Positions 55,149 to 64,000 of a stretch of DNA of 64,000 bases are shown one piece after another. This DNA comes from a virus. The stretch is taken from the IMG/VR virus record IMGVR_UViG_3300008255_000002; one strand, written 5' to 3'. The translations under genes were made by a program, and so were the position numbers. The first letter of the stretch is position 1, and every line of letters starts with the position of its first letter. Below the pieces are notes generated by a model, which saw only the letters and a list, made by a program, of their open reading frames with translations, was not told the DNA's origin and searched no databases.

Positions 55149-55594
55149 ATCGGGATAGTTCTAAAGAAGTTATTTTTTAGAAAATTGCGCACCATCCCCT
55201 TTATGGGTGAGATAGGCTTTATTTTGGTGTTGTTGTGTTTGTTATATTAGTAATAATATTTCGTGTTTTTGCCTATCTCTTTACTATTACTATTCCCGAT
55301 TTTTAGGATTTTTATTATCTCACCACTAGGTTGTTAGGTTTAGAACATTGCCTAGTTTTGTCTTTGTGATACTTACCTAAAACATACATTAGCGCGAGGA
55401 TGGTTATCGCGTTGGGTCGGTAGGATTTTGCGTACCTACTCGTTTTCTACGGGAAATACACATTGGAAAACAAAAAAAACTGCAAAAAAAAGACCGTTTC
55501 GATGACGGGTTATTACCCGGTTTTTATTTCCACTGTATCAAGTGGCAATTTTGTTTGTTTGTGTTATATATCAATACACTATTGTATTTTTTTT
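55149..55594 (+). ncRNA. About 450-nt highly structured non-coding element, probably an RNA antisense to the surrounding genes
   Basis: No ORF and about 10 stems. G-U wobbles fall on the plus strand. It ends in AATACA-CTAT-TGTATT followed by a T-run. Confidence 0.55.
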
Positions 55595-55599
55595 ATGAG

Positions 55600-56328
55600 T
55601 TAGTTGCTCAAAAACATTCCAGATTTGTCCAAACAGAGATATAATTTTTCTTCTCTCCATATCTCGTTAACTGTCGCCCCAACATGCAAACCTAATTCTG
55701 ATGGCATAGGTGTTTTAAGGGGAAATGGTTGATTATATCCGTGTCGCATCCAACTAAAAACAATTGGTTCTATAAATTTTTGATAGAAAAACCAAATATC
55801 AAAAAATACCATTGGTTGATTTAGTTTTGGGTATTCGTGAATCCGATATTTCTTATATATTTCTTGTATATTAGAATATATTCCCCCAACTAAACCGCAT
55901 ATACCGGGCATTATAATACAATTCGTATGTGCCGCGCAATCATATATAGAATGTGCAAGCATACCAGATTCTACCCATTCCGAAACCGCATCAGCTTCGC
56001 GTGGATTAACTCGCGAATCACAATCACGAAAGATAGCGCGTTCACAATCTTTTTCATCTAAAACATTATATCGCCACGACATCGCAGCATTACGAAAATC
56101 ATCTTTCCAGTTTTTATCATTAATTCTATCAACTCCCTTGATTGGTGGGGCAATGACCAATTTTATATTCATTTCCTCTAATACACTTAGAGCCGGGCAA
56201 TCCTCGGATATGTAAACTATAGGGGTCCACCCCGGATAGTATTTTTCTATTAGGGGAAGATTTTGCAACATCCCCTCACAATACAATTTTATATTTCCAT
56301 ATAATGAAAAACTTACATATTTAGCCAT
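55600..56328 (-). CDS. Glycosyltransferase-like protein (GT-A fold)
   Basis: VSFSLYG..LYCEG...YYPGW...MSWRY...IFRDCDSR...RE..AV.EW. Confidence 0.75.
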   Translation of the reverse strand: MAKYVSFSLYGNIKLYCEGMLQNLPLIEKYYPGWTPIVYISEDCPALSVLEEMNIKLVIAPPIKGVDRINDKNWKDDFRNAAMSWRYNVLDEKDCERAIFRDCDSRVNPREADAVSEWVESGMLAHSIYDCAAHTNCIIMPGICGLVGGIYSNIQEIYKKYRIHEYPKLNQPMVFFDIWFFYQKFIEPIVFSWMRHGYNQPFPLKTPMPSELGLHVGATVNEIWREEKLYLCLDKSGMFLSN

Positions 56329-57139
56329 ATATATAATCCTTTCCAAACTTTCTCTCCATCTTATACCCACATTCTAAATAATATAGAATGTCCACAATTT
56401 CAAACGCTTTACATCCTGTAATAGACCACGCTGGATAATTATTAGGATAATGAATTTTAGGTATTTTTGAATTTGATAAAGATATTTGTTTAAATATTCC
56501 TATAACCCAATTTAAAAATATTTCTGTTCCAACTATAGACAATTTAAGACTTTTAGTTCCAGATTTGTTTCGTATCCATTTTATACTTCCGTCTCCTTCT
56601 ATATAACCAACTATATAAGATAAAGATTGTTCTAAAGTTAGTTTATCGGGCGGCTTTAGCGTTAAACTTTTATTTTTTGTTATATTAAAATGATTTAAAA
56701 GATCTTCTCTCCATTGTTTTGCCGACCAAAAATTAACTCGGCACATTTTACTAATATTTCCACTTGGATTAATAACTTCATAGTCTTTGATAGGACCATT
56801 AAAATTTGTTGCAATTACAAATTCTTTTAATAAAATTTTATCTGTTCTTTTTATAGATATTCCAATTCCATTACCTTTACAAAAATAACCATCAGAAGCT
56901 ATTAAACCAGCCCATTTACAACTTTCTAAGTTTTTTATATTTGAAAAGAACCATTTATCAATATTATATTTGGAATGAGCCTGACTAAGATCAGTTTTTA
57001 ATCCAAGAAAACTAGCCATTCTTTGTATTGCTTGTTTTGTTCTGGTTGGAAGTAATTTTTCTATATCATATATAGTTATGTTGCTATAATAATTTTTTAA
57101 GATTTCAACTTCTTCTTTCGTCCATCTTTGTCTTTGCAT
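56321..57139 (-). CDS. Free-standing LAGLIDADG homing endonuclease with Myb-like N-terminus
   Basis: WAGLIASDG and YIVGYIEGDGS; WTKEEVEIL...RTKQAI. Confidence 0.85.
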   Translation of the reverse strand: MQRQRWTKEEVEILKNYYSNITIYDIEKLLPTRTKQAIQRMASFLGLKTDLSQAHSKYNIDKWFFSNIKNLESCKWAGLIASDGYFCKGNGIGISIKRTDKILLKEFVIATNFNGPIKDYEVINPSGNISKMCRVNFWSAKQWREDLLNHFNITKNKSLTLKPPDKLTLEQSLSYIVGYIEGDGSIKWIRNKSGTKSLKLSIVGTEIFLNWVIGIFKQISLSNSKIPKIHYPNNYPAWSITGCKAFEIVDILYYLECGYKMERKFGKDYIYG

Positions 57140-57288
57140 TTTTCATTTTTATCCTTGTCTATTTTTTTATAATATTCTTTATCTGTTGGAATTGGATCTG
57201 GAATGATTTTATGTGACGGATAATCCGTTCTTTCTTCTGGTTTTTGATTTATCATTTTATCTATATCTCCAAAACTATTTTTTTTCAT
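57097..57288 (-). CDS. Hypothetical protein
   Basis: 63-aa charged ORF with ATGA overlap. Confidence 0.45.
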   Translation of the reverse strand: MKKNSFGDIDKMINQKPEERTDYPSHKIIPDPIPTDKEYYKKIDKDKNEKCKDKDGRKKKLKS

Positions 57289-57530
57289 AGATTATTAATT
57301 ATCTCCTCTAACCCAACTCTTAATTTTGATTCACACTTGTTGCATAAATCTTTGGTTAGTAATCGAGGATGTGGTTCATCATTTGGTTTAAAAACAATAC
57401 CATCACAATATACATTAAAAAGTTGTTGTGGTGGTGGTGTTTTATCAATATGTGGATAATAAGAATTTATATCCACAGTCACAATTTTAGCATTTTCATT
57501 TCCGCAAGCATCACATGTGCAATTTTTCAT
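57285..57530 (-). CDS. Zn-finger hypothetical protein
   Basis: CDACG...DLCNKC; GGAG SD. Confidence 0.65.
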   Translation of the reverse strand: MKNCTCDACGNENAKIVTVDINSYYPHIDKTPPPQQLFNVYCDGIVFKPNDEPHPRLLTKDLCNKCESKLRVGLEEIINNL

Positions 57531-57531
57531 T

Positions 57532-57798
57532 TTATTTTCTCCAACATTGATTTATTATATTGATAATTTCTGAAAGTTCATTAAGATCAAAATTGCTATT
57601 TTCTACAGATAATATATATGACATATTGTTATTAATATTAAATGATATCATTGCTAATAAATCTGTTGTTCCATTAACATTATATAAATCACCATAATTT
57701 CCAAAAATCTCAAATTCATATTTTTCGTTATTTCTAGAATAACCAATATCTTTCACTACTAATCTACCATAACACAAATGGTTAATTTTATTATACAT
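57532..57798 (-). CDS. Hypothetical protein
   Basis: 88 aa; AAGGTG SD. Confidence 0.55.
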   Translation of the reverse strand: MYNKINHLCYGRLVVKDIGYSRNNEKYEFEIFGNYGDLYNVNGTTDLLAMISFNINNNMSYILSVENSNFDLNELSEIINIINQCWRK

Positions 57799-57883
57799 TT
57801 ATTTTATCAACACCTTTCACAAATCCTCTAATATAACTTTTTTTATTTTATCATGTACCCTTTTTGCACAATCATAACATAAA

Positions 57884-58357
57884 TCATGATGTTAAAACAC
57901 ACCCCCAAAAACGAGAAATTCCATCAAAATATGCATATTTTCCACCATTAATATAAGATGCTGAAATTGCTAACTTATTAGCTTTTCTGTTTAAAATTAT
58001 ATCGCGGTGCCCAATGCTTGAACCCATCCACATATTAAATGGATTTTTAACTGAATACTCACCCCCTAAAGCAAGAACTTCTGATGACCACGATCTATTA
58101 ATTCCAAAATCTTGCATTCTTTTGTGAAATGGTCGTCGCAAAGAATCTGTATGGCTGATCTCACCTGTTTTTGCGTTATCCTTTGTTATATAATTCACTA
58201 CATCTAATAAATTAGAATCAAACTCAACTAAACCTAGATTTCTACGTTTTCGTTCTTCGTTTAATATATTCACAAAATCGTTATTCAAATTTAAAATTTC
58301 GTCAGCGGTATATTCAAATACTTCGCTTTCTTTTATTTTTCTTCTAAAGAAACACAT
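57884..58357 (-). CDS. CAP/SCP-domain protein
   Basis: LNEERKRRNL...ISH...SEVLALG...WMGSSIGHRDIILN. Confidence 0.8.
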   Translation of the reverse strand: MCFFRRKIKESEVFEYTADEILNLNNDFVNILNEERKRRNLGLVEFDSNLLDVVNYITKDNAKTGEISHTDSLRRPFHKRMQDFGINRSWSSEVLALGGEYSVKNPFNMWMGSSIGHRDIILNRKANKLAISASYINGGKYAYFDGISRFWGCVLTS

Positions 58358-58543
58358 CGTAATCCACACCTTTCATAAAAACTTTTTAATTCTGGTTTTG
58401 CGACCAAAATTTATTTATATTATTAAATGATTTTTTCCATATATCTTGGATTTCTCTATTATCAAAAACGAGATTGGCGTCATAAACGCCAACCTCATTT
58501 GAAATAGTTTTAAATTCAAATTCATTATTTTCAATTAAAAATA

Positions 58544-59560
58544 TCATATTATCACCGTAAAGGTTTTTGTTGGATCATTATCTTGATAATCCGCGATATC
58601 TTTTTTAACAGGATTATTTATAATAATACCTAAATATGATATGTCTTCTTGTTCATCGTCACATTCATCATCTTCCTCATCTATATCAGATACACAATCA
58701 CAATTATCGATTAATTCATCACAACCTTCACAATATTCATCATAAAAGTATCTGTCATCTTCATCATCAATCATAAATAGATTATCAAATTCTTTTACTT
58801 TATGTTTATCTGTATATTTTGTTAAATCTTCTAATGATTTAAATTTACACGTTCTCATTTTTTGTCTATTATAATCTGTTGGAATTGCCACAACATCAGT
58901 GGGATCTACTTCAACAGATAAAATACGATTCCCAATACCTCTAGCATAATCTAATGTTGCAATATGTAAACCATTAGAACATGTTTTTTCTGGGTCTGGA
59001 TTACATTCACTTCTAGGCATTTCAACAGTTAATCCAGGAGATTGATCTATTGATTTTGTTTGATTATCTAGATATTTCTCTCCATTAAAATAAACACCTT
59101 TATATCCAATAAAATTACCATCATCAGTAATCGGAAAACCATTGTGGTCCAGGAATAAAAATAAATCGCTTTGCGCACGTGGATCTGGATTAGCTTTACA
59201 TTTTTCCCAAAATTTCAATAGTGCTCTAGCTTTTACCAAAGTATTTGTAACTTCAGAATACTCGACTAATCTTCCCCCTAAGCAATGAGGTAATTTTTCC
59301 CCGTTGATATACACATTATTATCTTGATCAACATTAAAAAGGTTTGATGTATGTTTTTTTAGGTACATTTTGATATCTGCTAAACATTCAGCACGATCCT
59401 CAATAGCATTTAAAATTTGTTGTTTAATCGACTCTGGATATTGATTGGCTTTTTCTGCTAATTTTTCAATTTTTTCTGCATTAGGGTGATTAATTGGTAA
59501 AACATAAGATTTCCCTTTGATTTTAGCGATAATACTTTTTGCGGCTTTGATTAGTTTCAT
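58544..59560 (-). CDS. rIIB: rIIB-like protein
   Basis: LFLFL...PITDDGNFIGYKGV...MPR...CSNGLH...YA...VDPTDVVAIPTDYN..KMRTCKF. Confidence 0.9.
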   Translation of the reverse strand: MKLIKAAKSIIAKIKGKSYVLPINHPNAEKIEKLAEKANQYPESIKQQILNAIEDRAECLADIKMYLKKHTSNLFNVDQDNNVYINGEKLPHCLGGRLVEYSEVTNTLVKARALLKFWEKCKANPDPRAQSDLFLFLDHNGFPITDDGNFIGYKGVYFNGEKYLDNQTKSIDQSPGLTVEMPRSECNPDPEKTCSNGLHIATLDYARGIGNRILSVEVDPTDVVAIPTDYNRQKMRTCKFKSLEDLTKYTDKHKVKEFDNLFMIDDEDDRYFYDEYCEGCDELIDNCDCVSDIDEEDDECDDEQEDISYLGIIINNPVKKDIADYQDNDPTKTFTVII

Positions 59561-61680
59561 GATAGCACTCCATTCATAATACATTTTATTTTCTTTATTT
59601 CGTTGATTGTTTTCTTTTCTATTTTAACTTCTTTTTGTTTAGCATATTCAAGGAAATCGTTTTTCATTACATCGGTAACATCATTGTAATAAACATCTAA
59701 TGTTAGTAATGGGGCGATTTTTCTAATATCCTGATATACATTATCTATTATACCATTAATTTTATCTATCTTTTCTCTATATTCTTTATTTAGGTTATTA
59801 TCAAAGAATAATAAAGATTTAAATAAATTATATTCTAAAATTTCTGAATCCGGTATTGATATTTTGCTGTTAATTTTTATATATTCTAAAAAATAACTAT
59901 CTTTTGTTAATTCTTGTTTGAGCAAATCTAATAAATTTAATTTCTTGATTGATATATTGTGGATAATATAATTTGTTTTTGTTTTCTTGGAAATTGTTTT
60001 GTATAATGTTTTACATAAATCATCAAACCTTTGGGCTTTTTTTAGTTTTTGGTAGTAGGTTTTTGCAGCGCTATAAATTTTGACATGTCCCATAAACTCA
60101 GATATATACTTTATATGCATTAATTTTTGATTATGATTACATTCTATTTCTTCTGCATTAATACAAATCTCAGTAAAATCATCAGGGTCTACATATATAT
60201 ATTTATGATATGGTTTAGAATAACTATAATATTGTCCTAAACTTAATTTATAAACTCCTATTTTTTTGTTTTTATTACTTGGTCTGCCTGGGATTTTAAC
60301 ATCAGATAATTTACAATAGATATAATCGTCTAGTTTAGTAATATCTACCGAATTATCTTTAATAGATAAATAATAGATACTTTTAATAGATTGATTTTGG
60401 TTAAAGATTTCTCTCATTCTTTCTGTAATGCGATCTTTGGTGTCTTGTAAAACTAAGATAGATGATTCTGATGGGATAATCGTATTTTTATTTTGTTTAT
60501 ATCTACATCTCTTATCTGTTTTGTGGAATTGTTTAACGCTATATAATAAGTATTTTTTATCTAGTATTTTTTCGATATCCACTGTATACGAATCAATAAT
60601 TTTGTTTTTATATGTAAATAAATTTGCTGATAAACCCTCAAATTTATATTTAATTTTATATAATAAGCACTGTGCCTCCCACAAATTCTTACAATTATCT
60701 ATCTCTTTTTGTGTTTTTTGAATTAGAGAGGTCATTGTGTCTTTTATTTTTTTATTGATTAATTTTTTAGTTTTATTATCATACTGTATCTGTTCGCGAG
60801 AAATAGCTAAACTAATATCTCCTGTTTTAAATTTTAACACAATATCCAAGGATTTATTTAGAATATATCTTTTTATATCATCACTAATATTGCAAGATTC
60901 ATAATGAATAGGATATGGGATTTCATCCACCAAACAAAATGTATCTAGGATTAATTCTTTTGAATACAATCTATTTTTCATTACAATAAAATCATTTTCT
61001 TCTGATTCAATATAATGATCTTTAGAGTTTTTATATTCTTTTCCTTTAATAATTGGAGAAAGTTTCCAAAATAAAGAAACTTCTCGTGTATATTTTTCAA
61101 AACTAGTAAAATCTTTTGGTTCAACATTAACAATAATAATTGTGCCTGTTTGTTGATCTTCAATAGGATCGTCTTGTGTAATTTCTCTTCCATCATCAAA
61201 TTCTACTAATCTACAACTACGATCCTCCATTAACACACAAGTATATTCTCTTTTAATTAATTTTCCATTTTCATTAGCGATTGTACTAACAATAAATGTA
61301 TCAGTATATGCCCAAGGAGTTTTTGAGCCGATTCCAAAACCGCCAGTTTGGCTATTATCACTTGTTTTTGTTGATGCCCCAAATCCCTTGAAAACAAGAT
61401 TCATTCTTTCAGGATCAATGCCGGGTCCAAAATCTCTACATTCCCATGTTGATTCAAATGCGTTTGGTAATTTTATTTGAATTGGAATATCTTCTCTTCC
61501 AACTTCGCGATGAGCGTCGCGTGCATTAGACATAATTTCTTGACATAAAACTTTAATTGGATTGCTATATATACTTTTTCGCATATATTCCAATAAGAGA
61601 TTTATATCAGCTATATAGAAATCTGTTTCCTTAATTTCTCCATATCTTTTTACGGCGATATTACAATCTTCTAATTTCAT
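59557..61680 (-). CDS. rIIA: rIIA-like protein with N-terminal GHKL ATPase domain
   Basis: IYSNPI...EIMSNARDAH, RDFGPGI, FGASTK, GGFGIGSK, SREQIQYD; directly upstream of rIIB. Confidence 0.9.
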   Translation of the reverse strand: MKLEDCNIAVKRYGEIKETDFYIADINLLLEYMRKSIYSNPIKVLCQEIMSNARDAHREVGREDIPIQIKLPNAFESTWECRDFGPGIDPERMNLVFKGFGASTKTSDNSQTGGFGIGSKTPWAYTDTFIVSTIANENGKLIKREYTCVLMEDRSCRLVEFDDGREITQDDPIEDQQTGTIIIVNVEPKDFTSFEKYTREVSLFWKLSPIIKGKEYKNSKDHYIESEENDFIVMKNRLYSKELILDTFCLVDEIPYPIHYESCNISDDIKRYILNKSLDIVLKFKTGDISLAISREQIQYDNKTKKLINKKIKDTMTSLIQKTQKEIDNCKNLWEAQCLLYKIKYKFEGLSANLFTYKNKIIDSYTVDIEKILDKKYLLYSVKQFHKTDKRCRYKQNKNTIIPSESSILVLQDTKDRITERMREIFNQNQSIKSIYYLSIKDNSVDITKLDDYIYCKLSDVKIPGRPSNKNKKIGVYKLSLGQYYSYSKPYHKYIYVDPDDFTEICINAEEIECNHNQKLMHIKYISEFMGHVKIYSAAKTYYQKLKKAQRFDDLCKTLYKTISKKTKTNYIIHNISIKKLNLLDLLKQELTKDSYFLEYIKINSKISIPDSEILEYNLFKSLLFFDNNLNKEYREKIDKINGIIDNVYQDIRKIAPLLTLDVYYNDVTDVMKNDFLEYAKQKEVKIEKKTINEIKKIKCIMNGVLS

Positions 61681-62033
61681 CTATTAATAATCCTATATTG
61701 ACTAGGAAGACCTAAATAAATCCCGTTATACGTTTCTTTGTATTTAATGACTTCTATACATTCGTTGGGCTGAATTACAACCCCTAACTCTTTATTTATA
61801 TTTATTTCTTCTCCATCATCATAAATAACCTGGGAATTTCCCGCCCATTCGATATTTGTTCTAACATTTGAATGCAACTCAAATTCAACAAAAAACAAAG
61901 ACGTTATCCATACAAATAAACAAAAAGATACAAACAAACAAAAAAAAGATAATTTTGCATTACCTCTTTCAATTAACAAAAAACCAGATATTGATAATAT
62001 AAAACCTAAAAGTATAATAAGTAATATATCCAT
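61677..62033 (-). CDS. Membrane protein with two TM helices
   Basis: Two hydrophobic N-terminal segments; GAGG SD. Confidence 0.65.
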   Translation of the reverse strand: MDILLIILLGFILSISGFLLIERGNAKLSFFCLFVSFCLFVWITSLFFVEFELHSNVRTNIEWAGNSQVIYDDGEEININKELGVVIQPNECIEVIKYKETYNGIYLGLPSQYRIINR

Positions 62034-62058
62034 TTTCCATTCCTCTCCTCTAAACAAA

Positions 62059-62763
62059 CTATAGTATTGCGTCTCTCATCGTTAGAACCTTTTTCTTAAG
62101 TGTTCTTACCGCACTAAACTTATTCATTTTGTATATTGGATTTTTACAACGAATCCTAAGCGAGAATTCTACGTCTTCCCCGTCACAATGACACAAATCT
62201 TCTCTAATGTAATGTTTGGTCATCCAGGATTGTTTTGCTGCCCAATAGTATCCAGGAATTAAAAAATATGGATTTGGACTGTCGTAATTTTCTAATGCTG
62301 GCGTATATGGTCTTTCGATACCTTTTGGGCACCATTTTTCTTTTTGGAACCACGGACGATTACTAAATTTACACATAGGATTATCAAATGAAACCCAATC
62401 TTGAAATCTTTCACCGTCTAAATTTAAAATAACATTCATACATAAATCCCAATCATATCCAAATTTTTGATATCCTTCGTACCATCCATCATTTAAAATA
62501 ATATAATCATGCATATAGACGCATTTGTCATATCGTGTAAATTCGGTTCCAATATTTTTTTTAGCACTAATATGAACAGGAAATTTATGATCCTCAAAAG
62601 GAACGCAAATATAATCTGTTGTTTTTTTATATTTTCCACCAACAACAATAATTTCGTGTTGATTAGAGGGGATATTCTGTGTGCGAATCGAATCTATAAT
62701 TTGCGGAATAAATTCAAAATCACGACTTATAATTATAAAACTAAATCCTTCTTTTGTTTTCAT
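62059..62763 (-). CDS. Glycosyltransferase family 2-like protein
   Basis: FSFIII...EIIVVGG...KKN...MHDYI...GEDVEFSLR. Confidence 0.8.
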   Translation of the reverse strand: MKTKEGFSFIIISRDFEFIPQIIDSIRTQNIPSNQHEIIVVGGKYKKTTDYICVPFEDHKFPVHISAKKNIGTEFTRYDKCVYMHDYIILNDGWYEGYQKFGYDWDLCMNVILNLDGERFQDWVSFDNPMCKFSNRPWFQKEKWCPKGIERPYTPALENYDSPNPYFLIPGYYWAAKQSWMTKHYIREDLCHCDGEDVEFSLRIRCKNPIYKMNKFSAVRTLKKKVLTMRDAIL

Positions 62764-63246
62764 TTATATACTATATTTAAAATATACTGCATAATCTGTA
62801 CATATCCCCGCACATCCTAATTTATTAAAATAATAATTAAAATGACCATTTTTTATATTATCAAAATTGTTATTTTCCGGCATAACCGCAATAGAATCTT
62901 TTCCTAAATGACCACCCGGATATGTCCAAATATAATTTTGACTTGTTAATACAGCTATATCGTTATTATGCATAAAACAATGTATACCGATTTTACCAAT
63001 ATCAAGTAATTTTCTTAATGCAAGAATGTTTTTGGCATGACACACTAAATTATATTCTCTTTCTTTAAAAAATGTTTCTTCAACCAAATATGTTGGTTTG
63101 TCGTGTCCCAAGTAAAAATCTTTTCCTAAACACCAAACATCTACTTCTACATCATATCCTGTAATAATAGCATAATCTATATAACACGGTTTATTTTCTT
63201 TATCTGGATTTGGACCGAAAATATTTCCTCTATGAGCTATAATCAT
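62764..63246 (-). CDS. Glycerophosphodiester phosphodiesterase-like protein
   Basis: IIAHRGN...EN...DVEVDVW...LGHD...HAKN...GICTDY. Confidence 0.85.
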   Translation of the reverse strand: MIIAHRGNIFGPNPDKENKPCYIDYAIITGYDVEVDVWCLGKDFYLGHDKPTYLVEETFFKEREYNLVCHAKNILALRKLLDIGKIGIHCFMHNNDIAVLTSQNYIWTYPGGHLGKDSIAVMPENNNFDNIKNGHFNYYFNKLGCAGICTDYAVYFKYSI

Positions 63247-63958
63247 TTAAATATCTTTCAAGTGATTCTGGATCGCCCAATCCAATCATTTTATCAACAT
63301 AAAAAGCACTTATACAATAACCACGTTTAATCGCTTCATTATATGAAGGAGCAAAATACCATTCATTATTTACTTTATTTTGATAGTTATTCATCATATT
63401 TCTTATAGAATTAAACATTAGATATGTCGTCTTGTAAAAATAAATACCACAAGTCGAATGATCACTTACAACTTGTTTTTCAACAACCTCACAAACCGCT
63501 TTTTCATATTGTAGTTTAACATAACTCCATTTTGGATCATTAGAATTGAACGTAAATATAATTCCATCCCAATAACGAAACACTTCATCTATAAATTTTT
63601 CTTTATTATATTCAATTAATTGATCTGAATTTACAACCATAACTGGTTTATATGGATCACAAAACTTTTCAGCTAACAAAATTGTTTCGGCGGCACCACC
63701 AGTTAAACCGTTAGTTCTAACAATCGTACATTTTTTAACAAGATTAGATAATATCCCCTCTAACCCAAATTCTTTATCGTGTTGATCCTGAACAATAAAA
63801 ATATAATTTGCATCTGGAAATTGAAGGGAATTAACAACTTCTTCAATCATTGGTTTTCCGCTTTTTAACGGAATAAGAGGTTTTATTGTTTTATATCCTG
63901 CTTCACGAAAACGAGATCCATTTCCAGCCATCGGTATAATTAGATTTAAATTATCCAT
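63230..63958 (-). CDS. Sugar-phosphate nucleotidyltransferase
   Basis: IIPMAGNGSRF..AGY...KPLI; NSDQ; EK...S; NNEWY..P.YN; LGDPE. Confidence 0.9.
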   Translation of the reverse strand: MDNLNLIIPMAGNGSRFREAGYKTIKPLIPLKSGKPMIEEVVNSLQFPDANYIFIVQDQHDKEFGLEGILSNLVKKCTIVRTNGLTGGAAETILLAEKFCDPYKPVMVVNSDQLIEYNKEKFIDEVFRYWDGIIFTFNSNDPKWSYVKLQYEKAVCEVVEKQVVSDHSTCGIYFYKTTYLMFNSIRNMMNNYQNKVNNEWYFAPSYNEAIKRGYCISAFYVDKMIGLGDPESLERYLNDYSS

Positions 63959-64000
63959 TTAGTTTTTTCCTCAAAAAAATCAAATGTTAATTCTGAGGCA

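Noticed and set aside
55190-55330. tmRNA, RNase P RNA or IS605 end
   Set aside because: There is no T-arm plus CCA end, no RNase P conserved regions and no transposase or TnpB nearby.
55390-55415. GCGAGGATGGTTATCG resemblance to the glmS ribozyme
   Set aside because: The remaining glmS core and pseudoknots are absent.
22106-61199. Short antisense or alternate-frame ORFs inside large genes (for example 22604, 26332, 29519, 38021, 60428)
   Set aside because: They lie fully within well-supported genes and show no recognisable motifs.
1-64000. Alternative genetic code
   Set aside because: Long genes are intact under the standard code, and TAA, TGA and TAG all end genes.

Overview
This AT-rich window (about 30% GC by eye) is part of a large tailed dsDNA phage; the host cannot be determined from the sequence. 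It has four blocks. (1) 1-13.4 kb is a minus-strand early/accessory region of small, often truncated genes. With the adjoining block it carries 12 near-identical sigma70-type promoters (TTTTCTTGACTATC...TGnTAnnnT; 11 have a 16-bp spacer). It also holds a partial tRNA-like gene with a UAU anticodon and a pseudoknotted leader RNA. (2) 13.4-17.9 kb is more GC-rich. It contains an ArsR gene, a 38-bp tandem repeat and an unusual minus-strand operon. That operon starts with an rRNA-leader-like boxB/boxA, continues through a structured RNA and a 62-nt tRNA-like cloverleaf, and has a recurring twin-hairpin element between its small genes. (3) 17.9-52.6 kb is the plus-strand virion module: phage sigma factor, frameshifted ERCC4 nuclease, intein-containing terminase, portal, protease/scaffold, decoration, major capsid, a GH33 sialidase, head-tail proteins, tail tube, a 3018-aa tape measure with inserted cargo, and tail-tip proteins. 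A GTGTAT motif precedes several of these genes and is a candidate late promoter. (4) 52.6-64 kb is minus-strand: Whirly-like SSB, annealing protein, nucleases, a 450-nt structured non-coding element, glycosylation genes and rIIA/rIIB. The best candidates for a new system are the RNA-structured antiterminated operon at 14.8-16.7 kb and the 55.1-55.6 kb RNA. All calls were made by eye; no searches were run.
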